64,000 nucleotides of DNA, taken from assembly GCA_038243995.1 (NCBI GenBank), contig JBBRTV010000010.1:82431-146430 (forward strand), written 5' to 3'. This document shows, piece after piece, positions 13,000 through 22,085 of this stretch. Source of the DNA: Burkholderiales bacterium (GTDB lineage: Bacteria > Pseudomonadota > Gammaproteobacteria > Burkholderiales > Burkholderiaceae_C). Position numbers and translations under genes: made by a program. How positions within the stretch are numbered: position 1 is the stretch's first letter; each line of letters opens with the position of its first letter. The notes beneath the pieces were generated by a model. The model ran no database searches, was not told the origin of the DNA, and saw only the letters and a list, made by a program, of their open reading frames with translations.

Positions 13000-13070
13000 C
13001 GCCGCATCATGACGCCCGCGGGAAGCCGGCGCTATCCTCGTTGCCACTGTGTTCAACGACGATTCGATCC

Positions 13071-13565
13071 ATGTCTCAATCCACCGCACCCGCACCGGCC
13101 TCCCCCGCCAAGCGCTACTTCTGGGAAGACTTCACGCCCGGTCTCGTGATGCACCTCGGCAGCACGACCGTCGAGCGCGACGCGGTACTCGCGTTCGCCG
13201 CGCAGTTCGATCCCCAGCCCTTCCACCTCGACGATGCGGCCGCTGAAGCTTCGCTGTTCAAGAAGCTCGCCGCGAGCGGATGGCACACCTGCGCGATGAC
13301 GATGCGGCTCATGTGCGACGGCTACCTGAACGAGTCCGCGAGCCTGGGCTCGCCCGGGATCGACAACCTGCGCTGGCTCAAGCCGGTCTATCCGGGCGAC
13401 ACGCTGACGGCCGAGATGGTAGTCGTCGAGGCCCGCGAGATGAACAGCAAGCCGCATGTCGGACTGGTGTTGTCGCGCTGGCGTCTTTTCAACCAGGACG
13501 GGGTCGACGTGATGACCATGGAAGGCTGGGGCATGTTCGGCCTGCGTTCCCCGCGGATAAGCTGA
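13071..13565 (+). CDS. MaoC family dehydratase
   Basis: YFWEDF, FAAQFDPQPFHLD, LAASGWHT, LRWLKPVYPGDTL. Confidence 0.92.
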   Translation: MSQSTAPAPASPAKRYFWEDFTPGLVMHLGSTTVERDAVLAFAAQFDPQPFHLDDAAAEASLFKKLAASGWHTCAMTMRLMCDGYLNESASLGSPGIDNLRWLKPVYPGDTLTAEMVVVEAREMNSKPHVGLVLSRWRLFNQDGVDVMTMEGWGMFGLRSPRIS

Positions 13566-13769
13566 CAGGCCCATGCCCGCGTCCGCTTCGGCCGCGGAGC
13601 GATGACCAGCGTTGTCGGGAGCCAGGAGGATGCGGGGCCGGACGTAACTGGTATTACGACCGATCCCTCTCCCGACCGTCGCCGAATCGACTCGAAGCCG
13701 CGGGTTTCTGCCTAGGGGATTCCAGCTCGGGATGCCGATCTTCAGGGAGCCGGAGCGTGCGCTCGCGCG

Positions 13770-13798
13770 TTGACAGGTGCTTAATATGGTACTATAGT
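13770..13798 (+). promoter_or_regulatory. Sigma70 promoter of the nag operon
   Basis: TTGACA (13770-13775), 17-bp spacer, TATAGT (13793-13798). Confidence 0.8.
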
Positions 13799-13803
13799 GG
13801 TAT
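13787..13803 (+). promoter_or_regulatory. Putative NagQ operator (direct repeat)
   Basis: TGGTACTATAGTGGTAT overlapping the -10 box; the same pattern recurs at three other promoters. Confidence 0.7.
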
Positions 13804-13810
13804 CACACGT

Positions 13811-14728
13811 ATGAGCCACACCTGCTATCACCCCGCCTTCGAACAGGCCGACATCCGCTTCGCTCTCGGCGTCGACGGCGGCGGCACGGGCACCCGCGTA
13901 CGTATCTGGACGAGCGGCGGTGCGCTGATCGGCCATGGCGAGGCCGGTCCGTCCGCCCTCGCCCAGGGCATCCCGCAGGCGTGGACGCACATCGGCCAGG
14001 CGGTCCAGCGCGCCTTCGCGTCCGCCGGGCTGCCGCCGCCGTCGCCGATCCACTGCGTGCTGGGCCTCGGTCTTGCCGGTGCCGTGGCGCCTCATCTCGC
14101 GGCGGCCTTCTTCCGTGCCGCGCCCGACTATGCTTTGATCGTGCTCGAGACGGATTCGCGCACCGCGCTCATGGGCGCGCATGCCGGCGGGCCGGGCGCG
14201 ATCGTCGCCGTCGGAACGGGGGCCGTCGCAGAAGCGCTGCACGCCGACGGGCGCCGCGTGGCGGTCAGCGGCTGGGGATTCCCGGTCGGGGACGAGGGCA
14301 GCGGCGCCTGGCTGGGCCTGCGCGCGATGCAGCAGGCGCACCGCGCGCTCGACGGGCGGTCCGCCGCAGGAACGCTGGCGCGGGCCGTCTGGCGGCAGAC
14401 GAGCGATCGCCGGGACGCGCTGCTGGAATGGTGCTCGCGCGCCGGCCAGAACGACTACGCACAACTCGCGCCACTCGTCTTCGAGTGCGCGGACACCGAC
14501 GCCGCGGCGCAGGCGCTGGTGCTCGAACTTGCACAGGAAATCGAAGCCATGGCGCTTGCGCTGGATCCCGGGCTCCGCTTGCCCATCGTGCTGCTGGGCA
14601 GCATCGGCTTGCGGATGATCGATCGGCTGCCGGCCGCGTTGCGCGACCGCCTCGTCGAGGCGGCGGGCGATGCCGTCGACGGCGCGCACCGCCTGGTGCG
14701 CCAGCAGTTGAAGGAAGCCGTCACATGA
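13811..14728 (+). CDS. nagK: BadF/BadG-type N-acetylglucosamine kinase (NagK-II)
   Basis: LGVDGGGTGTR, GLGLAG, VAVGTGAV, VSGWGFPVGDEGSGAWLG; first gene of the nag operon. Confidence 0.8.
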   Translation: MSHTCYHPAFEQADIRFALGVDGGGTGTRVRIWTSGGALIGHGEAGPSALAQGIPQAWTHIGQAVQRAFASAGLPPPSPIHCVLGLGLAGAVAPHLAAAFFRAAPDYALIVLETDSRTALMGAHAGGPGAIVAVGTGAVAEALHADGRRVAVSGWGFPVGDEGSGAWLGLRAMQQAHRALDGRSAAGTLARAVWRQTSDRRDALLEWCSRAGQNDYAQLAPLVFECADTDAAAQALVLELAQEIEAMALALDPGLRLPIVLLGSIGLRMIDRLPAALRDRLVEAAGDAVDGAHRLVRQQLKEAVT

Positions 14729-15858
14729 CGTCTCCCGATACGAAGATCACAGGGAACGTGCTGACGCCGCAGGGCTTCGTCCGCGGCACGCTGGCGATCG
14801 TCGGCGGCCGCATCGCCGCCATCGAGGGCCGCCCGGTCAGCGAGGGCGAGGCGCGCGATGGCGCCGGCCCGCTGATCCTGCCCGGCTTCATCGACCTGCA
14901 TGTTCACGGCGGCGGCGGCTACGACACGATGGAGGGCGGCCCTGCCGTGACCGAGATCGCGCGCCTGCATGCGCGCCACGGCACCACCTCGATGCTCGCC
15001 ACGACGATGACCGCGCCGATGGGCGACATCGTCGCAGCGATGGCCGCGATGAGCGCATCCTGCCGCGCTCACCGGGCGGGCGGCGCGCACGTGATGGGTG
15101 TGCATCTCGAAGGCCCGTACATCAACCCGGGCGCGCTCGGGGCGCAACCCGATTTCGCACGTCCTGCGTCGGTCGACGAGGTGAAGGCGCTGCACGCGAT
15201 CGCGCCCATCCGCCTGATCACGCTCGCGCCCGAGTTGCCCGGCAACCTCGAATTGATCGCACCGCTGCGCGCGGCCGGCTTCCATGTGCAGATCGGCCAC
15301 AGCGCTGGCACGTACGAGGACGGCGTCGCGGCGTTGCAGCGCGGCGCAACCGGCTTCACGCACCTGTTCAACGCGATGAGCCCGTTCAGGCACCGCGAGC
15401 CCGGCATCGCCGGCGCGGCGCTGGCACATGCGCGCTACGCCGAGATCATTCCCGACCTGCTGCACGTGCATCCCGGCGCGATCCGCGCGGCGCTGCGCGC
15501 GATCCCGTGCCTCTACTGCGTCACCGATTCGACGGCCGCCGCCGGCATGCCCGACGGCGACTACAACCTCGGCAGCCACCGGGTCACCAAGTGTCTGGGC
15601 GGAGTCCGGCTGGCGGACGGCACGCTCGCCGGCAGCACGCTGACCATGGACCAGGCCCTGCGCAATCTCGTGGGCCTCGGCCTGGGCATGGAGGACGCGT
15701 CGCGGCGCGTCTCCACCCATGCCGCCGATTTCCTCGGGCTCACCGATCGCGGACGCCTGCTGGTCGGGGCGCGTGCCGACCTGGTCGTGCTCGACGCCGC
15801 TCTCCAACTGACCCGGGTGATCGTGCAAGGAGACGCCATTGACCTCACGGATGTTTGA
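14725..15858 (+). CDS. nagA: N-acetylglucosamine-6-phosphate deacetylase
   Basis: PGFIDLHVHGGGG, GVHLEGPYI, TLAPE, FTHLFNAM, VTDS, LAGSTLTM; ATGA overlap with nagK. Confidence 0.95.
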   Translation: MTSPDTKITGNVLTPQGFVRGTLAIVGGRIAAIEGRPVSEGEARDGAGPLILPGFIDLHVHGGGGYDTMEGGPAVTEIARLHARHGTTSMLATTMTAPMGDIVAAMAAMSASCRAHRAGGAHVMGVHLEGPYINPGALGAQPDFARPASVDEVKALHAIAPIRLITLAPELPGNLELIAPLRAAGFHVQIGHSAGTYEDGVAALQRGATGFTHLFNAMSPFRHREPGIAGAALAHARYAEIIPDLLHVHPGAIRAALRAIPCLYCVTDSTAAAGMPDGDYNLGSHRVTKCLGGVRLADGTLAGSTLTMDQALRNLVGLGLGMEDASRRVSTHAADFLGLTDRGRLLVGARADLVVLDAALQLTRVIVQGDAIDLTDV

Positions 15859-16861
15859 CGAAGCGAGGGAGGCTCCGGCCGCCGTCGCCCGCCTGATGGC
15901 GGCCGACCTGGCCGCCTACGTCTCGCTCGGAGAGCAGTTGCGTGCTGATCCGCCGCGCTCCGCCCTGACCGTCGCGCGCGGCAGCTCCGACCACGCGGCG
16001 CACTACATGGCCTATCTCGTGATGGCACGCCTCGGGCGGCTCGTCACGTCGCTGCCGATGTCGCTCGTCACGCTGCACCAGTCGCAGCTGAATTGCGACG
16101 GCCTCGCCGCGTGGGCCTTCTCGCAATCCGGCCAGAGCCCCGACCTGATCGCGCCGATGCGCTTCTTCCGCGACGGCGGCGCGCGCACAGTCGCCGTGGT
16201 CAACGATGCTGGCTCGCCTCTCGCCGCGGCGGCGCAATGGGTCCTGCCGCTGCACGCGGGCGCCGAGACCAGCGTCGCCGCGACGAAGAGCTACATCGCG
16301 CAACTCGTGGCCGGCGCGCGCATCGTCGCGCACTGGCAGGACGACAGGACGCTGCTCGCGGCGCTGCAGGCGCTGCCGGGGGGGCTGGAGCGCGCGGCGT
16401 GCGCCGACTGGCAGCCGCTGGTCGACGCACTGGTCGACGCGGACAGACTGTTCGTCATCGGCCGCGGCCACAGCCTCGCGATCGCGATGGAGGCGGCGCT
16501 GAAGTTCAAGGAGGTCTGCGGCATCCAGGCCGAGGCGTTCTCGGGCGCCGAGGTCAGGCACGGCCCGATGGCGCTGATCGAGGAGGGCTACCCGCTGCTG
16601 GTGTTCGCCCCGCGCGGCCCGGCGCAGGCCGGGCTGCTCGCGCTCGCCGAGGACATGCGGCGCCGCGGCGCGCGCGTGCTGGTCGCGGCGCCGGTGGGCA
16701 CGCCCGGCGCGGAGTTGCCGCTGGTGGTCGCAGGCCATGAAGATCTCGATCCGATCTGCGCGATCCAGAGCTACTACCTCGCCGTGGAGGCGCTGGCGCG
16801 GGCGCGCGGACTGGATCCGGACCAGCCGCGCCACCTGAACAAGGTCACGCTCACCCATTGA
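15839..16861 (+). CDS. nagB: SIS-domain glucosamine-6-phosphate deaminase (NagB-II)
   Basis: ARGSSDHAA, SQSGQSPD, AGAETSVAATKSYI, EAALKFKE, EVRHGPMA, PDQPRHLNKVT. Start is TTG 15839 or ATG 15851. Confidence 0.88.
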   Translation: MTSRMFDEAREAPAAVARLMAADLAAYVSLGEQLRADPPRSALTVARGSSDHAAHYMAYLVMARLGRLVTSLPMSLVTLHQSQLNCDGLAAWAFSQSGQSPDLIAPMRFFRDGGARTVAVVNDAGSPLAAAAQWVLPLHAGAETSVAATKSYIAQLVAGARIVAHWQDDRTLLAALQALPGGLERAACADWQPLVDALVDADRLFVIGRGHSLAIAMEAALKFKEVCGIQAEAFSGAEVRHGPMALIEEGYPLLVFAPRGPAQAGLLALAEDMRRRGARVLVAAPVGTPGAELPLVVAGHEDLDPICAIQSYYLAVEALARARGLDPDQPRHLNKVTLTH

Positions 16862-18420
16862 GCCAACTGCAGACTCCGAAAGCCGAAACGACGATCCCCA
16901 TGAGCGCTGCCACCGACCTCTTCCACCCCGGCCATCTGGTGATGGTCGACATCCCCGGTACATCGCTCGACGCGGCGTCCGCCGACTTCCTGCGCCGCCA
17001 TCACGTCCGCGCGATCTGCCTGTTCCGGCGCAACCTCGGCACCGAGGCCGAGGTGCGCCAGTTGACGAGCGACCTGCGCGAGCTCATGGGCCCGCATTCG
17101 CTGATCGGCATCGACCAGGAAGGCGGCTCGGTCGTGCGTGCGACCTTCCTGCCGCAGGCCCCGGCCGCGATGGCGCTCGGCGCGAGCGACGACGAGGCCT
17201 TGTGCGAAGCGGTCGGCGCGGCCGTGGCGCGCGGCTTGCGCAGCCTGGGCATCAACTGGAACTTCGCCCCGGTGCTCGACGTCAACAACAATCCGGCGAA
17301 TCCGGTGATCGCGGAACGCAGCTTCGGCGAAGATCCGGACACGGTGGCGCGCCTGGCCGGCGCGTGGATGCGCGGCTCGCTGCGCGAAGGCGTCGCGTGT
17401 TGCGTGAAGCACTTTCCCGGGCACGGCGACACGCATGTCGACTCGCACCATGCGCTGCCGACGGTCGACAAGTCGCTCGCGCAGCTCGAGGCGCTCGAAC
17501 TGATCCCGTTCCGCGCTCTCGCGCACGGCCCGAGCGCCGCGCCGGCGATGATGACGGCGCACATCGTCTACCCGCAGATAGACCCGCACCACCCGGCGAC
17601 ACTGTCACGCCCCATCCTCACCGGGCTGCTGCGCGAGTCCATCGGCTACGACGGCGTCGTCCTCACCGATGCGCTGTTCATGAAAGCGATCTACGAGCGC
17701 TACGGCCATGCCCTGGGCGCCGTGATGGCGTTGCAGGCCGGCGCGGACATGCCGCTCGCGCAGGGCAGCCTCGCCGAACAGGGCGCAGCCGTGCAGGCGA
17801 TCGAGGCCGCGCTGTATCAGGGCGACCTGCTGGCGGCCGACGTGAAACGCGCCGAAGCGCGACTGGTCGCGCTCGCAGCGGCCTACCCCGTTTCGCCGCG
17901 CACCTACGACGCCGGGCAACGCGAAGCCGACGAAGCGCTGGTGCGCGCCGCCTGGGCGCGCGGCCTGACCGCGTTCGACGGCGCCGGCAGGCCCGCGCGT
18001 CCGCCCGCGCGCGGCGCCGCGCTGCGCGTGGTCACGCAGGCGAGCGTCGACTGCGACGGCGTCTCGGAGGCCGGCCTGCCGGCCGAGGGCGTGGAGGCCT
18101 TGTTCGTCGCCTTCGACGACGTGGAATTCGTTCGCGTGGTCGACCTGCGCACCATCGATGCCGCGACCTTCCCGAACGACGGCCGCATCAACGTGCTCGT
18201 CTCCAACCATCGCACGCGCTACGCCGCAGGCGCGGCCGCGGCGCGTCCCGATCTCCACCTCGCGCTGTGGAATCCCTTCCAGCTCCTCGACATCGCGGCC
18301 CCCGCGATCGTCACCTGGGGCTATGCGGACGGCGCCCTCGCCGCGGCGCAGGCGTGGCTGGAAGGGCGCGCCGAGGCGACCGGCAGGAGTCCGGTGAAAC
18401 TCTCTCCCCGCGCCGCCTGA
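16858..18420 (+). CDS. nagZ: GH3 beta-N-acetylhexosaminidase
   Basis: IGIDQEGGSV, NFAPVLDVN, ERSFG, KHFPGHGDTHVDSH, VLTDAL; no signal peptide. Start is TTG 16858 or ATG 16900. Confidence 0.92.
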   Translation: MSQLQTPKAETTIPMSAATDLFHPGHLVMVDIPGTSLDAASADFLRRHHVRAICLFRRNLGTEAEVRQLTSDLRELMGPHSLIGIDQEGGSVVRATFLPQAPAAMALGASDDEALCEAVGAAVARGLRSLGINWNFAPVLDVNNNPANPVIAERSFGEDPDTVARLAGAWMRGSLREGVACCVKHFPGHGDTHVDSHHALPTVDKSLAQLEALELIPFRALAHGPSAAPAMMTAHIVYPQIDPHHPATLSRPILTGLLRESIGYDGVVLTDALFMKAIYERYGHALGAVMALQAGADMPLAQGSLAEQGAAVQAIEAALYQGDLLAADVKRAEARLVALAAAYPVSPRTYDAGQREADEALVRAAWARGLTAFDGAGRPARPPARGAALRVVTQASVDCDGVSEAGLPAEGVEALFVAFDDVEFVRVVDLRTIDAATFPNDGRINVLVSNHRTRYAAGAAAARPDLHLALWNPFQLLDIAAPAIVTWGYADGALAAAQAWLEGRAEATGRSPVKLSPRAA

Positions 18421-18484
18421 ACGCGGTCGTGCGCCGCTCGAACCCTGCTACCCCACCCGTCCCGCCGCCAGGAAAGAGACCTCC

Positions 18485-19858
18485 GTGCACAGTGACCCCG
18501 TCCTGATGGCCCCCGCCCCCGCTGCATCCGATGCGGCTGGCTCGCTGCACCGGCGCTCGCCGATCACGTGGGTGCCGACGCTCTATTTCGCCCAGGGCGT
18601 GCCGTTCTTCGTCGTGATGGCGATCGCGACGCTGCTGTTCAAGGACCTCGGCGTCGCCAACTCCGACGTCACGCGCTGGACCAACCTGCTGGGCCTCGCG
18701 TGGGCGATCAAGCCGCTGTGGAGCCCGTTCCTCGAGGCCGTCCCCAGCAAGAAGCTGCTGGTCGTGATCTTCCAGCTCGTCGGCGCGGCCACGCTGGGGC
18801 TCGTCGCGCTCGCGCTGGCCGTTCCGCACAGCGTGTCGCTGGTGCTGGGCATCCTCGCGTTCACCGCGATCGCTTCCGCAACGCACGACATCGCCTCCGA
18901 CGGCCTCTACATCGCGAGCCTCACCGACAAGCTGCAGGCCGAATACGCGGGTTGGCAGGGCGCATTCTTCAACGCCGCGCGCCTGTTCGCGCGCGGCGGG
19001 GTGCTGGTGCTGGTGGGGTATCTGGAGAAGACGATGGAGGCCGCGCATGCGTGGAGCGGCGTCTTCGTGCTGCTCGCGGTGGTCATGGCCGCGCTCGCGG
19101 CCTACCACGCGTGGGCGCTGCCCGACACGCGCAGCCGCGTGGCGCCGGCAAGCGACGTGGGGCACATCGTCCGCACGCTCGGCGAAGTGATGCTCGACTT
19201 CTTCGGCAAGCCCGGGATCTGGTTCGCGATCACCTTCATCATCCTGTTTCGCGCGGGTGAAGGCCAGATCCAGTCGGTCGGTCCGCTGTTCCTGCGCGAC
19301 GCGCGCGAGGTCGGCGGCCTCGGGTTGACGACCGACCAGATCGGCGTCGTCTACGGCACCGCCGCGACGATCGCCTTCGTCCTGGGAAGCGTGGCCGGCG
19401 GCTACTTCACCGCGTGGCTGGGCCTGCGCCGGTCCATGGCGTGGCTGGTGCTGGCGATGAACCTGCCCAACCTCGTCTACTGGTGGCTGAGCGTCGCCCG
19501 GCCTAGCGACATGAACCTGATCGCGGCGGGCCTGTCGCTCGAGATGTTCGGCTACGGGTTCGGATTCGTCGGCATCATCCTGTTCATCATGCAGGTCGTC
19601 GCGAAGGGGCGCTTCACCACGGCGCACTACGCGCTCGGCACCGGCGTCATGCAGCTCGGCTTCATCCTGTCGGGCACCTGGAGCGGCGCGATCCAGACGT
19701 GGCTCGGCTACCAGCACTTCTTCCTGTGGGTGCTCGCGTGCGCGGTGCCGGTGCTCGTGCTCTCGTTCTTCCTGCCGCACCACGAAGCGCCCATGCCGCC
19801 CATCGACGACGCGGCGGTCCGCGCCGCCTCGTCCACCGCCGACGGCCAGGCCGCATGA
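18485..19858 (+). CDS. AmpG-like MFS transporter
   Basis: WVPTLYFAQGVPF, AWAIKPLWSPF, SATHDIASDGLYI, TTAHYALGTG; about 12 hydrophobic segments. Confidence 0.85.
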   Translation: MHSDPVLMAPAPAASDAAGSLHRRSPITWVPTLYFAQGVPFFVVMAIATLLFKDLGVANSDVTRWTNLLGLAWAIKPLWSPFLEAVPSKKLLVVIFQLVGAATLGLVALALAVPHSVSLVLGILAFTAIASATHDIASDGLYIASLTDKLQAEYAGWQGAFFNAARLFARGGVLVLVGYLEKTMEAAHAWSGVFVLLAVVMAALAAYHAWALPDTRSRVAPASDVGHIVRTLGEVMLDFFGKPGIWFAITFIILFRAGEGQIQSVGPLFLRDAREVGGLGLTTDQIGVVYGTAATIAFVLGSVAGGYFTAWLGLRRSMAWLVLAMNLPNLVYWWLSVARPSDMNLIAAGLSLEMFGYGFGFVGIILFIMQVVAKGRFTTAHYALGTGVMQLGFILSGTWSGAIQTWLGYQHFFLWVLACAVPVLVLSFFLPHHEAPMPPIDDAAVRAASSTADGQAA

Positions 19859-20808
19859 GGCTGTTTCCGGTTGCGCACCGGGCGCGCGTGGGGGCGTCGC
19901 TGGCCGGCGTGCTTGCCGCGGCCCTCGGCGTCGCCCGGGCCGCCGAGATCCCCGGCGCCGACGCGGCGCAAGGCGTTTTCTTCGACGACTTCAGCTATGC
20001 CCGGACGAGCGACCTCGGCGCCGGCGGCTGGCAGATGCGTACCGTCGACGGCCACCCCGGGCTGCCCGGCGGCCGCTTCGCGGCCGATGCGATCTCACTG
20101 CTCGACGATCCCGGGCAGCCCGGCAACCGTGTCTTGCGCATGACCGCCAGCACCGACGGCACCGGGCCCGGCACCGTGCAGGCGCAGCTGTGCCACCAGC
20201 GCAAGTACCTGGCGGGCACTTACGCCGCGCGCATTCGTTTCAGCGATGCGCCGCGCTCCGGCGCCGACGGCGATCCAGTGGTCGAGTCGTTCTACGCCGT
20301 CGCGCCGCTCGCGCATGCGTTCGATCCCGACTTCAGCGAGGTCGACTGGGAATACCTGCCCAACGGCGGCTGGGGCAGCGACGAGACGCGGCTGTATGGC
20401 GTCTCGTGGCAGACGGTGCGGATCGAGCCTTGGGAGTCGCACAACTCCGCGCACGAGGAATTCGGCTCGTTCGACGGCTGGCACGTGCTGCTGATGCAGG
20501 TCGCGCAGGGCGCGGTGCGCGAGTTCGTCGACGGCCGGCTCGTGGCGGTGCACGGCGGGCGCAATGTCCCGGTCGTACCCATGTCCATCGCCTTCAACGT
20601 GTGGTTCTCGACCGCGGGGCTGCTTCCCCCCGGGGTCGTCCCGCGCGTCTACGACGAAGACATCGACTGGGTGTTTCATGCGCGCGACGTCGTGCTGAGT
20701 CCGGTCGACGTCGACGCCGCGGTGCGGACGCTGCGCGGCGCCCGCACCGCGAGTATCGATTCCGTTCCTCCTGCAAATCCCCCGCTGCCCGCCCGCTGCG
20801 AATTCTGA
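19855..20808 (+). CDS. Exported GH16-like glycoside hydrolase
   Basis: Signal peptide (...GVARA/AE); FFDDFSY, GTYAARIRF, catalytic-type E-x-D-x-E motif (FSEVDWEYLPNGGWG), MSIAFNVWF. Confidence 0.72.
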   Translation: MRLFPVAHRARVGASLAGVLAAALGVARAAEIPGADAAQGVFFDDFSYARTSDLGAGGWQMRTVDGHPGLPGGRFAADAISLLDDPGQPGNRVLRMTASTDGTGPGTVQAQLCHQRKYLAGTYAARIRFSDAPRSGADGDPVVESFYAVAPLAHAFDPDFSEVDWEYLPNGGWGSDETRLYGVSWQTVRIEPWESHNSAHEEFGSFDGWHVLLMQVAQGAVREFVDGRLVAVHGGRNVPVVPMSIAFNVWFSTAGLLPPGVVPRVYDEDIDWVFHARDVVLSPVDVDAAVRTLRGARTASIDSVPPANPPLPARCEF

Positions 20809-20903
20809 CGACAGGATGACCCGCTGCCACCCCGCCTTCGAGGCGATCGCCGTATCGACGCGGTCCGGCCGTTCCCGACACCTCATTCCATCGGACAAGT
20901 GAC

Positions 20904-22007
20904 ATGGCAAGCCTCCTCCTGAAGCAGCTTCGCAAGACCTACGACGGCGGCACCGAGATCATCAAAGGCGTGGACCTGGAGATCCGCGACGGCGAATTCA
21001 TGGTCTTCGTCGGACCGTCCGGCTGCGGCAAGTCCACGTTGCTGCGCATGATCGCGGGCCTGGAGGAGATCACCGACGGCGACCTCCACATCGGCGACCG
21101 CTGCGTCAACGAGGTGGCGCCCTCCGATCGCGGCGTCGCCATGGTGTTCCAGAGCTACGCGCTCTATCCGCACATGACCGTGGCCGAGAACATGGGCTTC
21201 GCATTGAAGCTCGCGAAGCATTCGAAGGCCGAGGTCGCCGCCGCGGTGGGCCGCGCGGCCGAGATCCTGCAGATCAACCATCTGCTCGATCGCCGGCCGA
21301 AGGCGCTCTCGGGAGGCCAGCGCCAGCGCGTCGCGATCGGCCGCGCGATCGTGCGCCAGCCCAAGGTCTTCCTGTTCGACGAACCGCTCTCGAACCTCGA
21401 TGCGGCGCTACGCGTGCAGATGCGCACCGAGCTCGCGCGGCTGCACCGCGAACTGGGCACGACCATGATCTACGTGACGCACGATCAGGTCGAAGCGATG
21501 ACCCTGGGCCAGCGCATCGCCGTGTTCGAGGCGGGCCGCATCGCCCAGGTCGGAGTGCCGATGGACCTGTACGACCGCCCCGCCAATCTGTTCGTCGCGG
21601 GATTTCTCGGCTCGCCGAAGATGAACCTGGTGCCGGTGACGGTGAGTGCGAACGATGCAGACGGTCTGCGCGTGCGCAGTCGTGTCGGACCCGGCGAATT
21701 CACGCTCGCGGCGGCAGCGGGTGGACCCGCGGTGGGCGAGCTCGCGACGCTCGGCTTCCGGCCCGACCAGGTCGAACTGGCGGTCGCCGGCTCCGGCGGG
21801 CTCGAGGGCCGGGTCGACCTGGTCGAGCGGCTCGGCGACGCGACGCTGGTGCACCTGAGCTGCGCTGGCCAGGGTGCGCCCATCGTCGTGCGCCTGCCCG
21901 GCCACGTCGCCCCGCTCGCGCCTGGAAGCGTCGTCGCGCTGCGCCCCGATCTCGCGCGCAGCCGCCTGTTCGACAGTGGCGGCGAGGCGTTCACGTTGAG
22001 CGCTTGA
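20904..22007 (+). CDS. Carbohydrate ABC transporter ATPase (MalK/MsmX-type)
   Basis: Walker A GPSGCGKS, signature LSGGQRQRVAIGRA, FLFDEPLSNLDA, YVTHDQ, C-terminal OB domain. Confidence 0.95.
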   Translation: MASLLLKQLRKTYDGGTEIIKGVDLEIRDGEFMVFVGPSGCGKSTLLRMIAGLEEITDGDLHIGDRCVNEVAPSDRGVAMVFQSYALYPHMTVAENMGFALKLAKHSKAEVAAAVGRAAEILQINHLLDRRPKALSGGQRQRVAIGRAIVRQPKVFLFDEPLSNLDAALRVQMRTELARLHRELGTTMIYVTHDQVEAMTLGQRIAVFEAGRIAQVGVPMDLYDRPANLFVAGFLGSPKMNLVPVTVSANDADGLRVRSRVGPGEFTLAAAAGGPAVGELATLGFRPDQVELAVAGSGGLEGRVDLVERLGDATLVHLSCAGQGAPIVVRLPGHVAPLAPGSVVALRPDLARSRLFDSGGEAFTLSA

Positions 22008-22085
22008 AGAAAGCAAGCCTGCGGGCGCTCGCGGCGCGGGGAGGCCTCCGGTCGGCGGGGCCGCCGCGCGGCCCGACCTTGCGCG

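Noticed and set aside
13649-13655. Isolated TGGTATT upstream of the nag promoter (and ATACCA at 24717-24722)
   Set aside because: Half-sites only, with no partner at 11 bp; they could be auxiliary but are not supportable.
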